Assembly: GCA_020718275.1 (NCBI GenBank)
Contig: DYSI01000004.1
Coordinates: 3,518-67,517 of the forward strand
From: Draconibacterium orientale
GTDB taxonomy: Bacteria > Bacteroidota > Bacteroidia > Bacteroidales > UBA1556
Reading direction: 5' to 3'
DNA length: 64,000 nucleotides
Within the stretch, counting starts at the first letter, position 1; each line of letters starts with the position of its first letter. This document shows positions 1-9,304 of this stretch, one piece after another. The translations under genes were made by a program, and so were the position numbers. The notes beneath the pieces are model-generated. The model had not been told where the DNA came from, ran no database searches, and worked only from the letters and a program-made list of their open reading frames with translations.

Positions 1-58
1 GAAAGATGAAAAGTTCGGATACGGTTTGGTTTTCAAAGAACTAGAAAATATATTGAAA

Positions 59-129
59 CACTATTGTCCGTTAAAAATTATATTTAGTCCATTTCGGCAA
101 TTTAGTAGTTTTTTTATCGGACAACACTG
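59..129 (-). mobile_element. 71-bp MITE, copy 1
   Basis: Exact reverse complement (71/71) of the element at 52090-52160. Imperfect terminal inverted repeats CACTATTGTCCGTTAAAAA / TTTTTATCGGACAACACTG. Flanked by a perfect 9-bp direct duplication ATATTGAAA at 50-58 and 130-138. Confidence 0.85.
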
Positions 130-643
130 ATATTGAAAGATAAATGTATTCTTTGCCAGTCATTTCCCATAGGTCTGGTCCGGTCCTGCCCGACGATAAG
201 AAAGAAGACTCTGACGCTTTTATGAAAACCCACATGAATGACCAAAACTTTAAGGGTGAAATCCAGACACGATTTGAGCAATTTATACTAAAGCTAAAAG
301 AAATGAATCGGTAAAAAGAACGCATGTTTTTTTTGCACTTAAATGTAGTGGTCGGAAAACAAATAAAAAATGCACTTAAACAATATTGTATAAAAAACAA
401 TTGCCAATTCAGTCGTAAACTCAATATTACCAGCTTCAATTCTAGATTAGATAACTTGGATAAAACCCACAAACGGCTACTATTCTTCATTCACAAGCAT
501 GTTCCTCAATGACTTTGGGTGTATACTATCATCATTTGATATCATTTTCCAAAATTGCCCTGAATGACTTAGAGATGCCGAATCAATTTGGGCAAATTTT
601 ATTCATTGCGCACAAACCTCAATTATTATACATTTGCAGCTAA

Positions 644-2083
644 ATGGAGTTAAACGACACTATAGCGCAATTAATGAAGAAGGATTACATCCAAGTAATC
701 CACCAAGAAGCTAAACTACTGAATATTAGAGTTTTTATAATTGGTGGATGGGTGCGTGATTTGTTATTGCATCGTCCTTCGACCGATTTAGACTTTGTAG
801 TGGAAGGCTCGGGCATACTCCTAGCCGAGAAAGTCGCTCATCGCCTCCATGCCAAACTTGCTATTTTTAAAAGTTTTGGCACCGCCATGATTAAAATCAC
901 TGAAGACAATACCGAAATAGAATTAGAATTTGTTGGCGCCAGAAAAGAATCATACCGTAGCAATAGCCGCAATCCTATCGTCGAAAATGGTACCATCGAA
1001 GATGACCAAAACCGAAGAGATTTTACCATCAACGCCATGGCTATTGAGCTTTGTCAGTCAAATCAAGCTGGCATTATTGATCCTTTTGGTGGCCTACTCG
1101 ATTTAAACAAGCGGCTGATTCGAACCCCTTTAGATCCAAATATTACTTTCTCAGATGACCCTTTGCGCATTATGCGAGCCATTCGTTTTGCTACCCAATT
1201 AAATTTCAATATCGAAGCCGAAACTTTTAACGCCATTCAACAAAACAAAGATCGGATTCATATCATCAGCATGGAACGCATCGCGATTGAATTAAATAAA
1301 ATTATCATGTCTGATAAGCCCTCCATTGGCTTTATCTTGCTTGATAAAAGTGGACTTTTACCCCTGATTTTCCCTGAACTATTAGACTTAAAGGGAAAGC
1401 ATACTATTGATGGCAAATCCCATAAAGACAACTTCTACCACACCCTTGAAGTGCTGGATAACATTAGTTTACAAACACAAAATCTATATCTGCGATGGGC
1501 TGCCATACTTCACGATATTGGCAAAGCGTCTACTAAAAAATTCTTCCCCGAAATTGGTTGGACTTTTCATGGCCACGAAGTTGTAGGCGCTAAAATGGTT
1601 GCTTCAATTTTCAAACGGATGAAATTACCCATGAATGAAAAAATGCGCTATGTGCAAAAACTAGTCATGATGCATTTGCGACCAATCGCCCTCGTTGAAA
1701 ATCATGTTACCGATTCCGCTGTCCGCCGTTTACTCTTTGAAGCTGGAGAAGATGTTGATGATTTAATGACCCTTTGCCATGCTGATATTACTTCAAAAAA
1801 CGAAGCAAAAGTTAAACGATATCATCGAAACTTCGAAATCGTAAAGGTTAAACTCATTGAAATTGAAGAGAAAGATAAACTTAGAAATTGGCAGCCAATT
1901 ATCACAGGGGAAATAATTATGAACACTTTTGAACTCAGTCCTTCCTATCAAGTTGGGGTTCTTAAAAACCAAATTCGCGAAGCTATACTTGATGGACTGG
2001 TTGAAAATGAATACGCAGCCGCATTTCAATTTATGATTGAGAAAGCGGCTATAATGGGCTTAAAACCAATTAGTAATGACTAA
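644..2083 (+). CDS. cca: CCA-adding tRNA nucleotidyltransferase / poly(A) polymerase family protein with C-terminal HD domain
   Basis: 479-aa ORF. Nucleotidyltransferase signature GGWVRD..DLDF and RRDFTINA. Later an HD-type region (LHDIGK). A TAcaTTTG -7 box lies just upstream. Confidence 0.75.
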   Translation: MELNDTIAQLMKKDYIQVIHQEAKLLNIRVFIIGGWVRDLLLHRPSTDLDFVVEGSGILLAEKVAHRLHAKLAIFKSFGTAMIKITEDNTEIELEFVGARKESYRSNSRNPIVENGTIEDDQNRRDFTINAMAIELCQSNQAGIIDPFGGLLDLNKRLIRTPLDPNITFSDDPLRIMRAIRFATQLNFNIEAETFNAIQQNKDRIHIISMERIAIELNKIIMSDKPSIGFILLDKSGLLPLIFPELLDLKGKHTIDGKSHKDNFYHTLEVLDNISLQTQNLYLRWAAILHDIGKASTKKFFPEIGWTFHGHEVVGAKMVASIFKRMKLPMNEKMRYVQKLVMMHLRPIALVENHVTDSAVRRLLFEAGEDVDDLMTLCHADITSKNEAKVKRYHRNFEIVKVKLIEIEEKDKLRNWQPIITGEIIMNTFELSPSYQVGVLKNQIREAILDGLVENEYAAAFQFMIEKAAIMGLKPISND

Positions 2084-2591
2084 AATTGGACTACTGAGCG
2101 ATACCCACTCAGTGCTTTTACCCGAAATTATTGATTTTCTGCAAGCGAGCAATCAGATATGGCATGCAGGCGATTGGGGCAGCCTCAATGTGCTGAATCA
2201 ATTGAAATTGATAAGTCCAATTGTGAGAGGTGTTTACGGAAATATCGACGGCTGTAATTTCCACCCAGAAATGCCCGAAAACCTCCTTTTTGACTGCGAA
2301 AATACCAAAGTGCTAATCACCCATATCGGAGGATATCCCGGAAAATATGAATCCAAAATCAGAAAATTATTAGCACTTCATCACCCTCAATTATTTATCG
2401 CTGGACATTCCCATATTCTAAAGGTAATTTTCGACCAAAAATACCAAGTCTTGCATCTAAATCCAGGCGCCGCTGGCATCAGTGGTTTTCATAACCATAT
2501 TACTGCTATGCGCTTTTTTGTGCATGATAACCGAATTGAACAATTGGAAGTTTTTGATTTAGAACGGAATAAAATAAAAAGAGTTGAATAA
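2076..2591 (+). CDS. YfcE/MJ0936-type metallophosphoesterase
   Basis: 171-aa ORF with calcineurin-like motifs (LSDTH, HAGDWG, GNIDG, GHSH). Its first 8 nt overlap the 3' end of the preceding gene. Confidence 0.8.
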   Translation: MTKIGLLSDTHSVLLPEIIDFLQASNQIWHAGDWGSLNVLNQLKLISPIVRGVYGNIDGCNFHPEMPENLLFDCENTKVLITHIGGYPGKYESKIRKLLALHHPQLFIAGHSHILKVIFDQKYQVLHLNPGAAGISGFHNHITAMRFFVHDNRIEQLEVFDLERNKIKRVE

Positions 2592-2688
2592 ACAATCCAT
2601 TTTTCAAAATCATTAATACCCCCTTTTTCCAGCTAATCATTAGTCTTTACCAAAAATTTCTATCTTCGCAGCATCAAACCAGAAAAAA

Positions 2689-3132
2689 TTGAATAAAGTG
2701 GTAACAGGCCGACGAATTGAATTGTATGATTACCCAACAAAAATATTGTTGGCAACCATCGAAGCCATAAAAGGAGATACAAAGTTTCATCTTTGGCTTC
2801 TCAACAACGGATATCAAGAACTAGCCGCCTTTGTTTCTTCCTTGTATTTGGATGTTGACGCCTTCAAATGGCTTATGCAGCATGGATACAATCATTTTGC
2901 AGCCCTTTCAAATGCTATCGACGACGACGAACAAGCCATTCAATGGCTAAAAGCCCATAATTTTAATTTCTTGCTCGTAATAGTGGATGCGGTGGAACAA
3001 AAAAAATCGGCACAAGACTTTCTTAAACAACATAAACTAGAAATATTTTGGGTGATGGCGAATAAAATTCTTGTGTTAAAGCAAGACCAAAATTTTGGTT
3101 ATTCCGATTATCATAAAATACATTTCAGATAA
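2689..3132 (+). CDS. hypothetical protein built of four tandem ~25-aa helical repeats
   Basis: 147-aa ORF with a non-ATG (TTG) start assumed. Internal periodic motif A-x-x-WL-x-x-HG-Y/F repeated four times. Confidence 0.5.
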   Translation: MNKVVTGRRIELYDYPTKILLATIEAIKGDTKFHLWLLNNGYQELAAFVSSLYLDVDAFKWLMQHGYNHFAALSNAIDDDEQAIQWLKAHNFNFLLVIVDAVEQKKSAQDFLKQHKLEIFWVMANKILVLKQDQNFGYSDYHKIHFR

Positions 3133-3154
3133 ATCTTTTGAAAAAACCATTCCA

Positions 3155-4021
3155 TTGAAAGTTTCGAGTAACCAAATCAAAGCGGTGCAATCGCACTACC
3201 GTCAATTGCTTAACGTGGAATTTTCTGCGCAAGAATCTGTTGCTTACCTCAACACTATTATTGCACATTACATTCAAATACCACGAGGCGAAATCAGCCT
3301 AATGCTCGACAACAGAATTAGCGAATCACAATTGCTAAGCATCCATTTCGCTGTTAAAGCCCTGCTGCAGCACAAACCCCTGCAATATATTTTGGGTAGT
3401 ACCGAATTCCTGGATTGGGAATTTGAACTAAATGAGCAGGTGCTAATTCCGCGTCCCGAAACCGAAGAACTTGTGCAATTGATTGCCAATCAAAATTATA
3501 ATCTAAGCAGTAGCAGCAGAATCCTCGATATAGGCACTGGATCTGGTTGTATTGCTATTGCCTTGCAGAAACTTACTAAAGCCGAAGTGTCTGCAATTGA
3601 CATTTCGTCGGAAGCCCTAGCAATAGCCAAGCATAACGCCCAAAAATTACTTTCAAGGGTGAATTTTCAGCAAATCGACATTTTAGATGACAGTCAATGG
3701 GATAATATCCCCGGCGATTTTGATCTGATTGTCAGTAATCCACCTTATGTTCAAGAATCAGAGAAAAAATGGATGCACAAAAATGTACTTGAGTACGAAC
3801 CGGCCTTAGCCCTTTTTGTTTCTGACAAGGATCCCCTAATTTTCTATCGAATGATTGCCGCTTTCGCAAACTGTAAACTAAAGAAAAACGGCCAACTTTG
3901 GTTTGAGATCAATGAGTTTTTATCGAATCAACTTATTGATTTGTTGAAAGATAATTTTAGCGAAATTGAAATTATTAAAGATTATAAAGATAAAAATCGC
4001 TTTTGTAGACTTCGGTTGTAA
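3155..4021 (+). CDS. prmC: peptide chain release factor N5-glutamine methyltransferase
   Basis: Motifs PLQYILG, IPRPETE, SAM-binding DIGTGSGCIA and catalytic NPPY. The frame is open from 3095 but has no ATG near the 5' end, so TTG at 3155 was chosen; the start is uncertain. Confidence 0.8.
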   Translation: MKVSSNQIKAVQSHYRQLLNVEFSAQESVAYLNTIIAHYIQIPRGEISLMLDNRISESQLLSIHFAVKALLQHKPLQYILGSTEFLDWEFELNEQVLIPRPETEELVQLIANQNYNLSSSSRILDIGTGSGCIAIALQKLTKAEVSAIDISSEALAIAKHNAQKLLSRVNFQQIDILDDSQWDNIPGDFDLIVSNPPYVQESEKKWMHKNVLEYEPALALFVSDKDPLIFYRMIAAFANCKLKKNGQLWFEINEFLSNQLIDLLKDNFSEIEIIKDYKDKNRFCRLRL

Positions 4022-4167
4022 TAAAATACAAACCAGCATTTTATAAGTTCCCTTTGATTAATTCTTTATTTTATCGACAAAATGATTAAAGCTGATAATT
4101 ATCAAAATTATCATGCTCAAAATTGCTCAAATTTGTCTTTTAAAACAATCCTAATTCCGATTTATCT

Positions 4168-6183
4168 ATGCCTCAATATACCAACGATTTAGCTAAAGAA
4201 ACCAGTCCCTATCTGTTACAACATGCACACAATCCAGTGCAATGGATGCCTTGGGGAGAAAAAGCCTTGCAAAAAGCAAAAAATGAAAACAAACCTCTTA
4301 TTGTAAGTATTGGCTATTCGAGTTGCCATTGGTGTCATGTGATGGAACATGAAAGCTTTGAAAATATCGAAGTAGCCAATCTAATGAATCAACATTTTGT
4401 GTGCATTAAAGTAGATCGCGAAGAGCATCCAGATGTAGACAGCTTGTTTATGAATGCTTTGCACCTAATTTCAGGTTCTGGTGGATGGCCGCTCAACTGT
4501 TTTGCTTTGCCAGATGGCCGCCCATTTTTTGGTGGCACCTATTTCAAAAAGAACCAATGGATGAGCGTTTTAGATCAAATTAAGGAACTGTATCAACATG
4601 ATTTACCGAAAATTATAGAATTTGCGGAGCGCATAGAAAGTGGAATCGCCGATAATAATCGAATTGTTAAAGACCAATCTAATTTGCAATACAGCCATGA
4701 AGATTTACATGCAATAGTCAACAATTGGCAGCGAATATGGGATATGAAAGAAGGTGGACCAAATCGTGCACCTAAATTCCCCCTCCCTAATAATTATGAA
4801 TTTCTGTTGGCTTATGCGCAACAATTTAACCATCAAGCTAGCCATGACTTTGTGCAATTGACTCTGCGGAAAATGGCTTTTGGCGGTTTGTACGACCAAA
4901 TTGGAGGAGGTTTTGCCCGCTATTCCACCGATTTAAGCTGGAAAGTTCCTCATTTTGAAAAAATGCTGTATGATAATGCACAATTAATAAGTTTGTATGC
5001 ACATGCTTTTCAACAATATCAAAATCCTGTGTACAAAACCATCGTTGAAGAATCGCTTGCCTTTATCCAACGCGAAATGACCTCGCCAGAAGGCCTTTTT
5101 TACTCGGCTCTTGACGCTGATTCTGCTGGGCACGAAGGCCTTTTTTATCTTTGGACTCTCTCAGAAATTGACAAGCTCTTAAAAGGTGATGCGGTAATCT
5201 TCAAAGATTACTTTCAAATGAATGAAATTGGTTTCTGGGAACAAGATTTTTACATTTTAATGCGTAGCGAACAGGAAGATGAAATCGCTCAAAAGCATGG
5301 CCTTTCGTACTCTGAATTACAAGCAAAGATTAGCCGATGGAAATCACAACTACTCGAAATACGCACCAAGCGAATTCGCCCAGCATTAGACGATAAGCAG
5401 TTAGTAGCTTGGAACGCACTGATGATCAATGCTTATCTGGATGCATACAAAGCAATAGGGACAAGCGATTATTACCAAATTGCGGAACACAGCCTCCAAC
5501 AACTCTTGAAAATTATGGACAGAGGTAATACAACTTTATACCATACTTACAATAATCAACAAGCCAAAATAGAAGCCTATTTAGATGATTATGCCTTTGT
5601 AATTGAGGCTTTGCTAAAAATCTATCAACTTAGTTTTAATGAAAAATATTTAGAAACTGCACATGCTTATCTCTCAAAAGTGATTGAACTCTTCTATCAT
5701 GAAACAAATGGGATGTTTTATTTTTCGCAAACGGGACAAAGTCATTTAGCGCATCGCAACATCGAAATACAAGACAATGTAATCCCCTCTTCAAATTCGA
5801 CCATGTCCAAAAATCTGATGCTCCTTGGGCGATTACTCGAACGCGATGATTACCAGCAAATTGCTAGACAGATGCTCCAAAATATCATAAGTCAATTAGA
5901 AAGTCACCCATCAGCCTATGCCAATTGGGCTTTTGTAATGCTCTCAGACCTTCAACCACAAACCGAAATAGCTATTGTTGGTAAGGATTCCATTGAATTA
6001 TTAAACCAGCTAAACCGCAATTACTTTCCACTTTTGGTGATTGCGGGCAGCAGAGAACCTTCCAAACTTTCACTTCTCAAAAACCGCTTCGTTGCGGAAA
6101 AAACTTTGCTCTACATTTGCGAAAATCACGCTTGCCAGCTCCCAATCGAGTCAGTTGAGGAGGCTATTTTAAGACTTAAATAA
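4168..6183 (+). CDS. thioredoxin-domain protein, DUF255/YyaL family
   Basis: 671-aa ORF. N-terminal thioredoxin-like segment with SCHWCHVM. Long alpha-toroid-like C-terminal region typical of YyaL/SPATA20 homologues. Confidence 0.8.
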   Translation: MPQYTNDLAKETSPYLLQHAHNPVQWMPWGEKALQKAKNENKPLIVSIGYSSCHWCHVMEHESFENIEVANLMNQHFVCIKVDREEHPDVDSLFMNALHLISGSGGWPLNCFALPDGRPFFGGTYFKKNQWMSVLDQIKELYQHDLPKIIEFAERIESGIADNNRIVKDQSNLQYSHEDLHAIVNNWQRIWDMKEGGPNRAPKFPLPNNYEFLLAYAQQFNHQASHDFVQLTLRKMAFGGLYDQIGGGFARYSTDLSWKVPHFEKMLYDNAQLISLYAHAFQQYQNPVYKTIVEESLAFIQREMTSPEGLFYSALDADSAGHEGLFYLWTLSEIDKLLKGDAVIFKDYFQMNEIGFWEQDFYILMRSEQEDEIAQKHGLSYSELQAKISRWKSQLLEIRTKRIRPALDDKQLVAWNALMINAYLDAYKAIGTSDYYQIAEHSLQQLLKIMDRGNTTLYHTYNNQQAKIEAYLDDYAFVIEALLKIYQLSFNEKYLETAHAYLSKVIELFYHETNGMFYFSQTGQSHLAHRNIEIQDNVIPSSNSTMSKNLMLLGRLLERDDYQQIARQMLQNIISQLESHPSAYANWAFVMLSDLQPQTEIAIVGKDSIELLNQLNRNYFPLLVIAGSREPSKLSLLKNRFVAEKTLLYICENHACQLPIESVEEAILRLK

Positions 6184-6329
6184 GACCTTTTTGAGACTTT
6201 TTAGCGCTTATTTATCACAAAAATGACCATAATAGTTTTTTCTTAAAGAAGGTTTTTTCCTTTATTTGCAATACTTTGTCCCGTATTTTATTAATTGTTA
6301 ATCAATTAGCAATTAAATTTTTACAAATT

Positions 6330-6379
6330 TACTTTACATGCACAGTATTTTATCCTATATTTGCAATGCATGCACAGTA
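6330..6379 (+). promoter_or_regulatory. candidate promoter with two operator-like repeats upstream of the MarR gene
   Basis: The 11-mer CATGCACAGTA occurs twice (6337-6347 and 6369-6379). Each copy lies inside an imperfect palindrome. The two copies bracket a TAtaTTTG -7 box at 6356-6363. Confidence 0.4.
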
Positions 6380-6391
6380 AATTATTAAACA

Positions 6392-6847
6392 ATGAATATC
6401 ACAGAAACATTCGATTACCAATTAAGATCTACCCTATTCTCGATGATGAGAATGTATAATTTATTGGTTCAAGACCATGAAATTACGCAAGGCGTGGGCT
6501 ATGTCTTAATTATCATTCCTCGCGAAGGAATTCCATCAACCAGTATCGCCCCGATTATGGGAATGGGAAGTTCCAGTTTAACGCGATTATTAAAATCAAT
6601 GGAAGCTAGTGGATTGATTTACAGAGATTCAAATCAAACAGATCGCCGCGTAACCCTAATTCACTTAACTGAAAAAGGGAGCAAATTGCGAAAAAAAATA
6701 AAAGAACTGGTTGTTTCATTTAACCAGAAAGTGATAGATGAAATCACCATAGAGGAGTTGAAAACCTACAATAAGGTATCAGAAATTATTCGCAAACATG
6801 TGGAAATTGAATTAATAGAACAACAAAGAAGGAAAAATAATCAATAA
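6392..6847 (+). CDS. MarR-family transcriptional regulator heading the fad cluster
   Basis: 151-aa ORF. Winged-helix segment SSLTRLLKSMEASGLIYRDSNQTDRRV typical of MarR. The next gene starts 24 bp downstream. Confidence 0.8.
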   Translation: MNITETFDYQLRSTLFSMMRMYNLLVQDHEITQGVGYVLIIIPREGIPSTSIAPIMGMGSSSLTRLLKSMEASGLIYRDSNQTDRRVTLIHLTEKGSKLRKKIKELVVSFNQKVIDEITIEELKTYNKVSEIIRKHVEIELIEQQRRKNNQ

Positions 6848-6870
6848 AAAAATCTAAAACAACCAATCAA

Positions 6871-9273
6871 ATGAAGCGAAGAATTAGAAAAGTAGCCATC
6901 CTAGGATCTGGCGTTATGGGTTCAGGAATTGCTTGTCATTTTGCCAATATCGGTGCCGAAGTCTTATTATTAGACATCCTACCGCGGGAGTTAAGCAAGC
7001 AAGAAGAGTCACAAGGATTGAATATGAAGAGTCCACAGGTACGAAACCGCATTGTAAATGATGCACTATCTGCCGCCTTAAAGTCAAAACCATCTCCTAT
7101 TTATAGTGCGGCTTTTGCCAATCGCATCAAGACAGGAAATTTTGAGGATCATTTATATCTTATCAAAGACTACGACTGGATTATTGAAGTCGTCATTGAG
7201 CGCCTTGATATTAAGCAACAAGTACTCGAAAAAGTTGACCGCTTACGAAAACCTGGCACCCTAATCACCACCAATACTTCAGGCATTTCAATTGAAGCGA
7301 TGACCGAAGGCCGTTCTGAGGATTTCAACCGTCACTTCTGTGGCACCCACTTTTTCAATCCCCCTCGCTATCTTCAGCTATTCGAAATAATTCCTAGTTC
7401 AAAAACTGAAGCACAAGTAATTGATTTCCTCAGTGATTATGCCGAAAAATATTTAGGAAAAACAGCCGTATTGGCAAAAGACAGCCCTGCCTTTATTGCT
7501 AACAGAGTGGGAACTTACTCCATTATGGAATTGTTCAATAATGTAAAAAAACTCGGCTTAAGCATCCCCGAAATAGATAAACTCACCGGGCCAGTGATTG
7601 GCCGAGCCAAATCTGCCACTTTCCGCACCGCCGATATTGTTGGCCTTGACACGCTGGTTCATGTGGCTAATAATATCAAAGAGAAAACTAATGACGAAGC
7701 AAATGCTTTGTTTGCAATTCCTGATTATTTACAGAAAATGCTGGATAACAAATGGTTGGGTTCTAAAACAAAACAAGGATTCTTTAAAAAAGAAGAAATA
7801 GACGGAAAGAAAGTTTTCAAATCATTGAATTTGGAAACCATGGAATACGAAGAAAGCGACAAGGTTCGATTCAGCGTTTTTGAAAAAACAAAAGACATTG
7901 ATGATTTGCGAAAGAGAATGCCAATTCTATTGGCCGACAAAGGTAAAGCTGGTGAATTTTATCGCGCTTCATTCTATAGTTTGTTTCAGTTTGTAAGCAA
8001 CCGAATCCCTGAAATAACCCAAGATATTTATAAGGTTGATAGTGCCATGAATGCAGGTTTTGGCTGGAAATTAGGTCCTTTTGAAACTTGGGATGCCGTG
8101 GATGTGAAACAAACCGTAACTGAGATGATCGAAGCAGGCAAGAATCCTGCGCCATGGGTTATGGAAATGTTAGAATCTGGAATCCAATCATTCTATCAAA
8201 TCAAAGAAGGCATAAAATACTGCTATGATATTCCAAGCAAATCCTACCTTGAAATTCCAGGGCAACAAGATAAATTGTCGCTCGAAACCCTGCGCAGTAC
8301 TCATGTAATATGGCAAAACAGTGACACTACCCTTTTCGATTTAGGAGATGGCGTTCTGAATATTGAATTTCATACTAAAATGAACACCATTGGCCAAGGT
8401 GTGCTGGAAGGTCTAAATAAAGCCCTCGATATTGCAGAAGCTGACTATGATGCCCTGATTGTTTCTAATGAAGGAGAACATTTTTCGGCAGGTGCCAATG
8501 TTGGAATGATTTATATGCTCGCCATCGAACAAGAATACGAAGAACTAGACATGGCTGTACAATGGTTTCAAAAAACCATGATGCGGATGCGCTACTCTTC
8601 AATACCGGTTATTGCAGCGCCACATGGTATGGCCTTAGGCGGCGGTTGTGAACTCTGCATGCATAGCGATAAAGTGGTTGCCCATGCCGAATTGTACATG
8701 GGTTTGGTTGAGTTTGGCGTTGGATTAATACCAGGTGGCGGAGGAACAAAAGAATTTGCCCTTCGACTGGGTGATGAACTCAAAGAAGGTGATCCAAGAA
8801 GCAATGCTTTTTTGAATCGTTATTTGAGTATTGGACAAGCTAAAGTATCCACATCCGCTTACGAAGCCTTTGATTTAGGATACCTGCGGCCAGGTATCGA
8901 CGAGGTTGTGGTGAGCCGTGCCCATCATTTAGCATACGCCAAAAAAGTAGCCTTGCGAATGGTTGAAAAAGGCTATACTCAACCGGCACCTCGCAACAAT
9001 ATAAAAGTGCTAGGCAATGAAGCACTCGGACTGGTCTATGTGGGAGCCGACGGTTTCACTACCGCTAATTATATGTCTGAACACGATCAATTGATTGCCG
9101 AAAAATTAGGCTATGTAATGGCTGGCGGTCCTATTTCCATTCCATTAACGGAGGTTTCTGAACAGTATCTTCTTGACCTAGAGAGAAAAGCATTTATGGA
9201 ATTAGCGATGCAACGCAAAACTTTAGAAAGGATACAAAGCTTAATTAGCAGCGGCAAAATCCTTAGAAATTAA
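6871..9273 (+). CDS. fadN: bifunctional 3-hydroxyacyl-CoA dehydrogenase / enoyl-CoA hydratase
   Basis: 800 aa. N-terminal NAD-binding GSGVMGSGIA dehydrogenase module and C-terminal crotonase-fold module. This is the same architecture and size as Bacillus FadN. Confidence 0.85.
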   Translation: MKRRIRKVAILGSGVMGSGIACHFANIGAEVLLLDILPRELSKQEESQGLNMKSPQVRNRIVNDALSAALKSKPSPIYSAAFANRIKTGNFEDHLYLIKDYDWIIEVVIERLDIKQQVLEKVDRLRKPGTLITTNTSGISIEAMTEGRSEDFNRHFCGTHFFNPPRYLQLFEIIPSSKTEAQVIDFLSDYAEKYLGKTAVLAKDSPAFIANRVGTYSIMELFNNVKKLGLSIPEIDKLTGPVIGRAKSATFRTADIVGLDTLVHVANNIKEKTNDEANALFAIPDYLQKMLDNKWLGSKTKQGFFKKEEIDGKKVFKSLNLETMEYEESDKVRFSVFEKTKDIDDLRKRMPILLADKGKAGEFYRASFYSLFQFVSNRIPEITQDIYKVDSAMNAGFGWKLGPFETWDAVDVKQTVTEMIEAGKNPAPWVMEMLESGIQSFYQIKEGIKYCYDIPSKSYLEIPGQQDKLSLETLRSTHVIWQNSDTTLFDLGDGVLNIEFHTKMNTIGQGVLEGLNKALDIAEADYDALIVSNEGEHFSAGANVGMIYMLAIEQEYEELDMAVQWFQKTMMRMRYSSIPVIAAPHGMALGGGCELCMHSDKVVAHAELYMGLVEFGVGLIPGGGGTKEFALRLGDELKEGDPRSNAFLNRYLSIGQAKVSTSAYEAFDLGYLRPGIDEVVVSRAHHLAYAKKVALRMVEKGYTQPAPRNNIKVLGNEALGLVYVGADGFTTANYMSEHDQLIAEKLGYVMAGGPISIPLTEVSEQYLLDLERKAFMELAMQRKTLERIQSLISSGKILRN

Positions 9274-9304
9274 CAAACCGTATTAATCTTTTAAACTAAA
9301 AACA

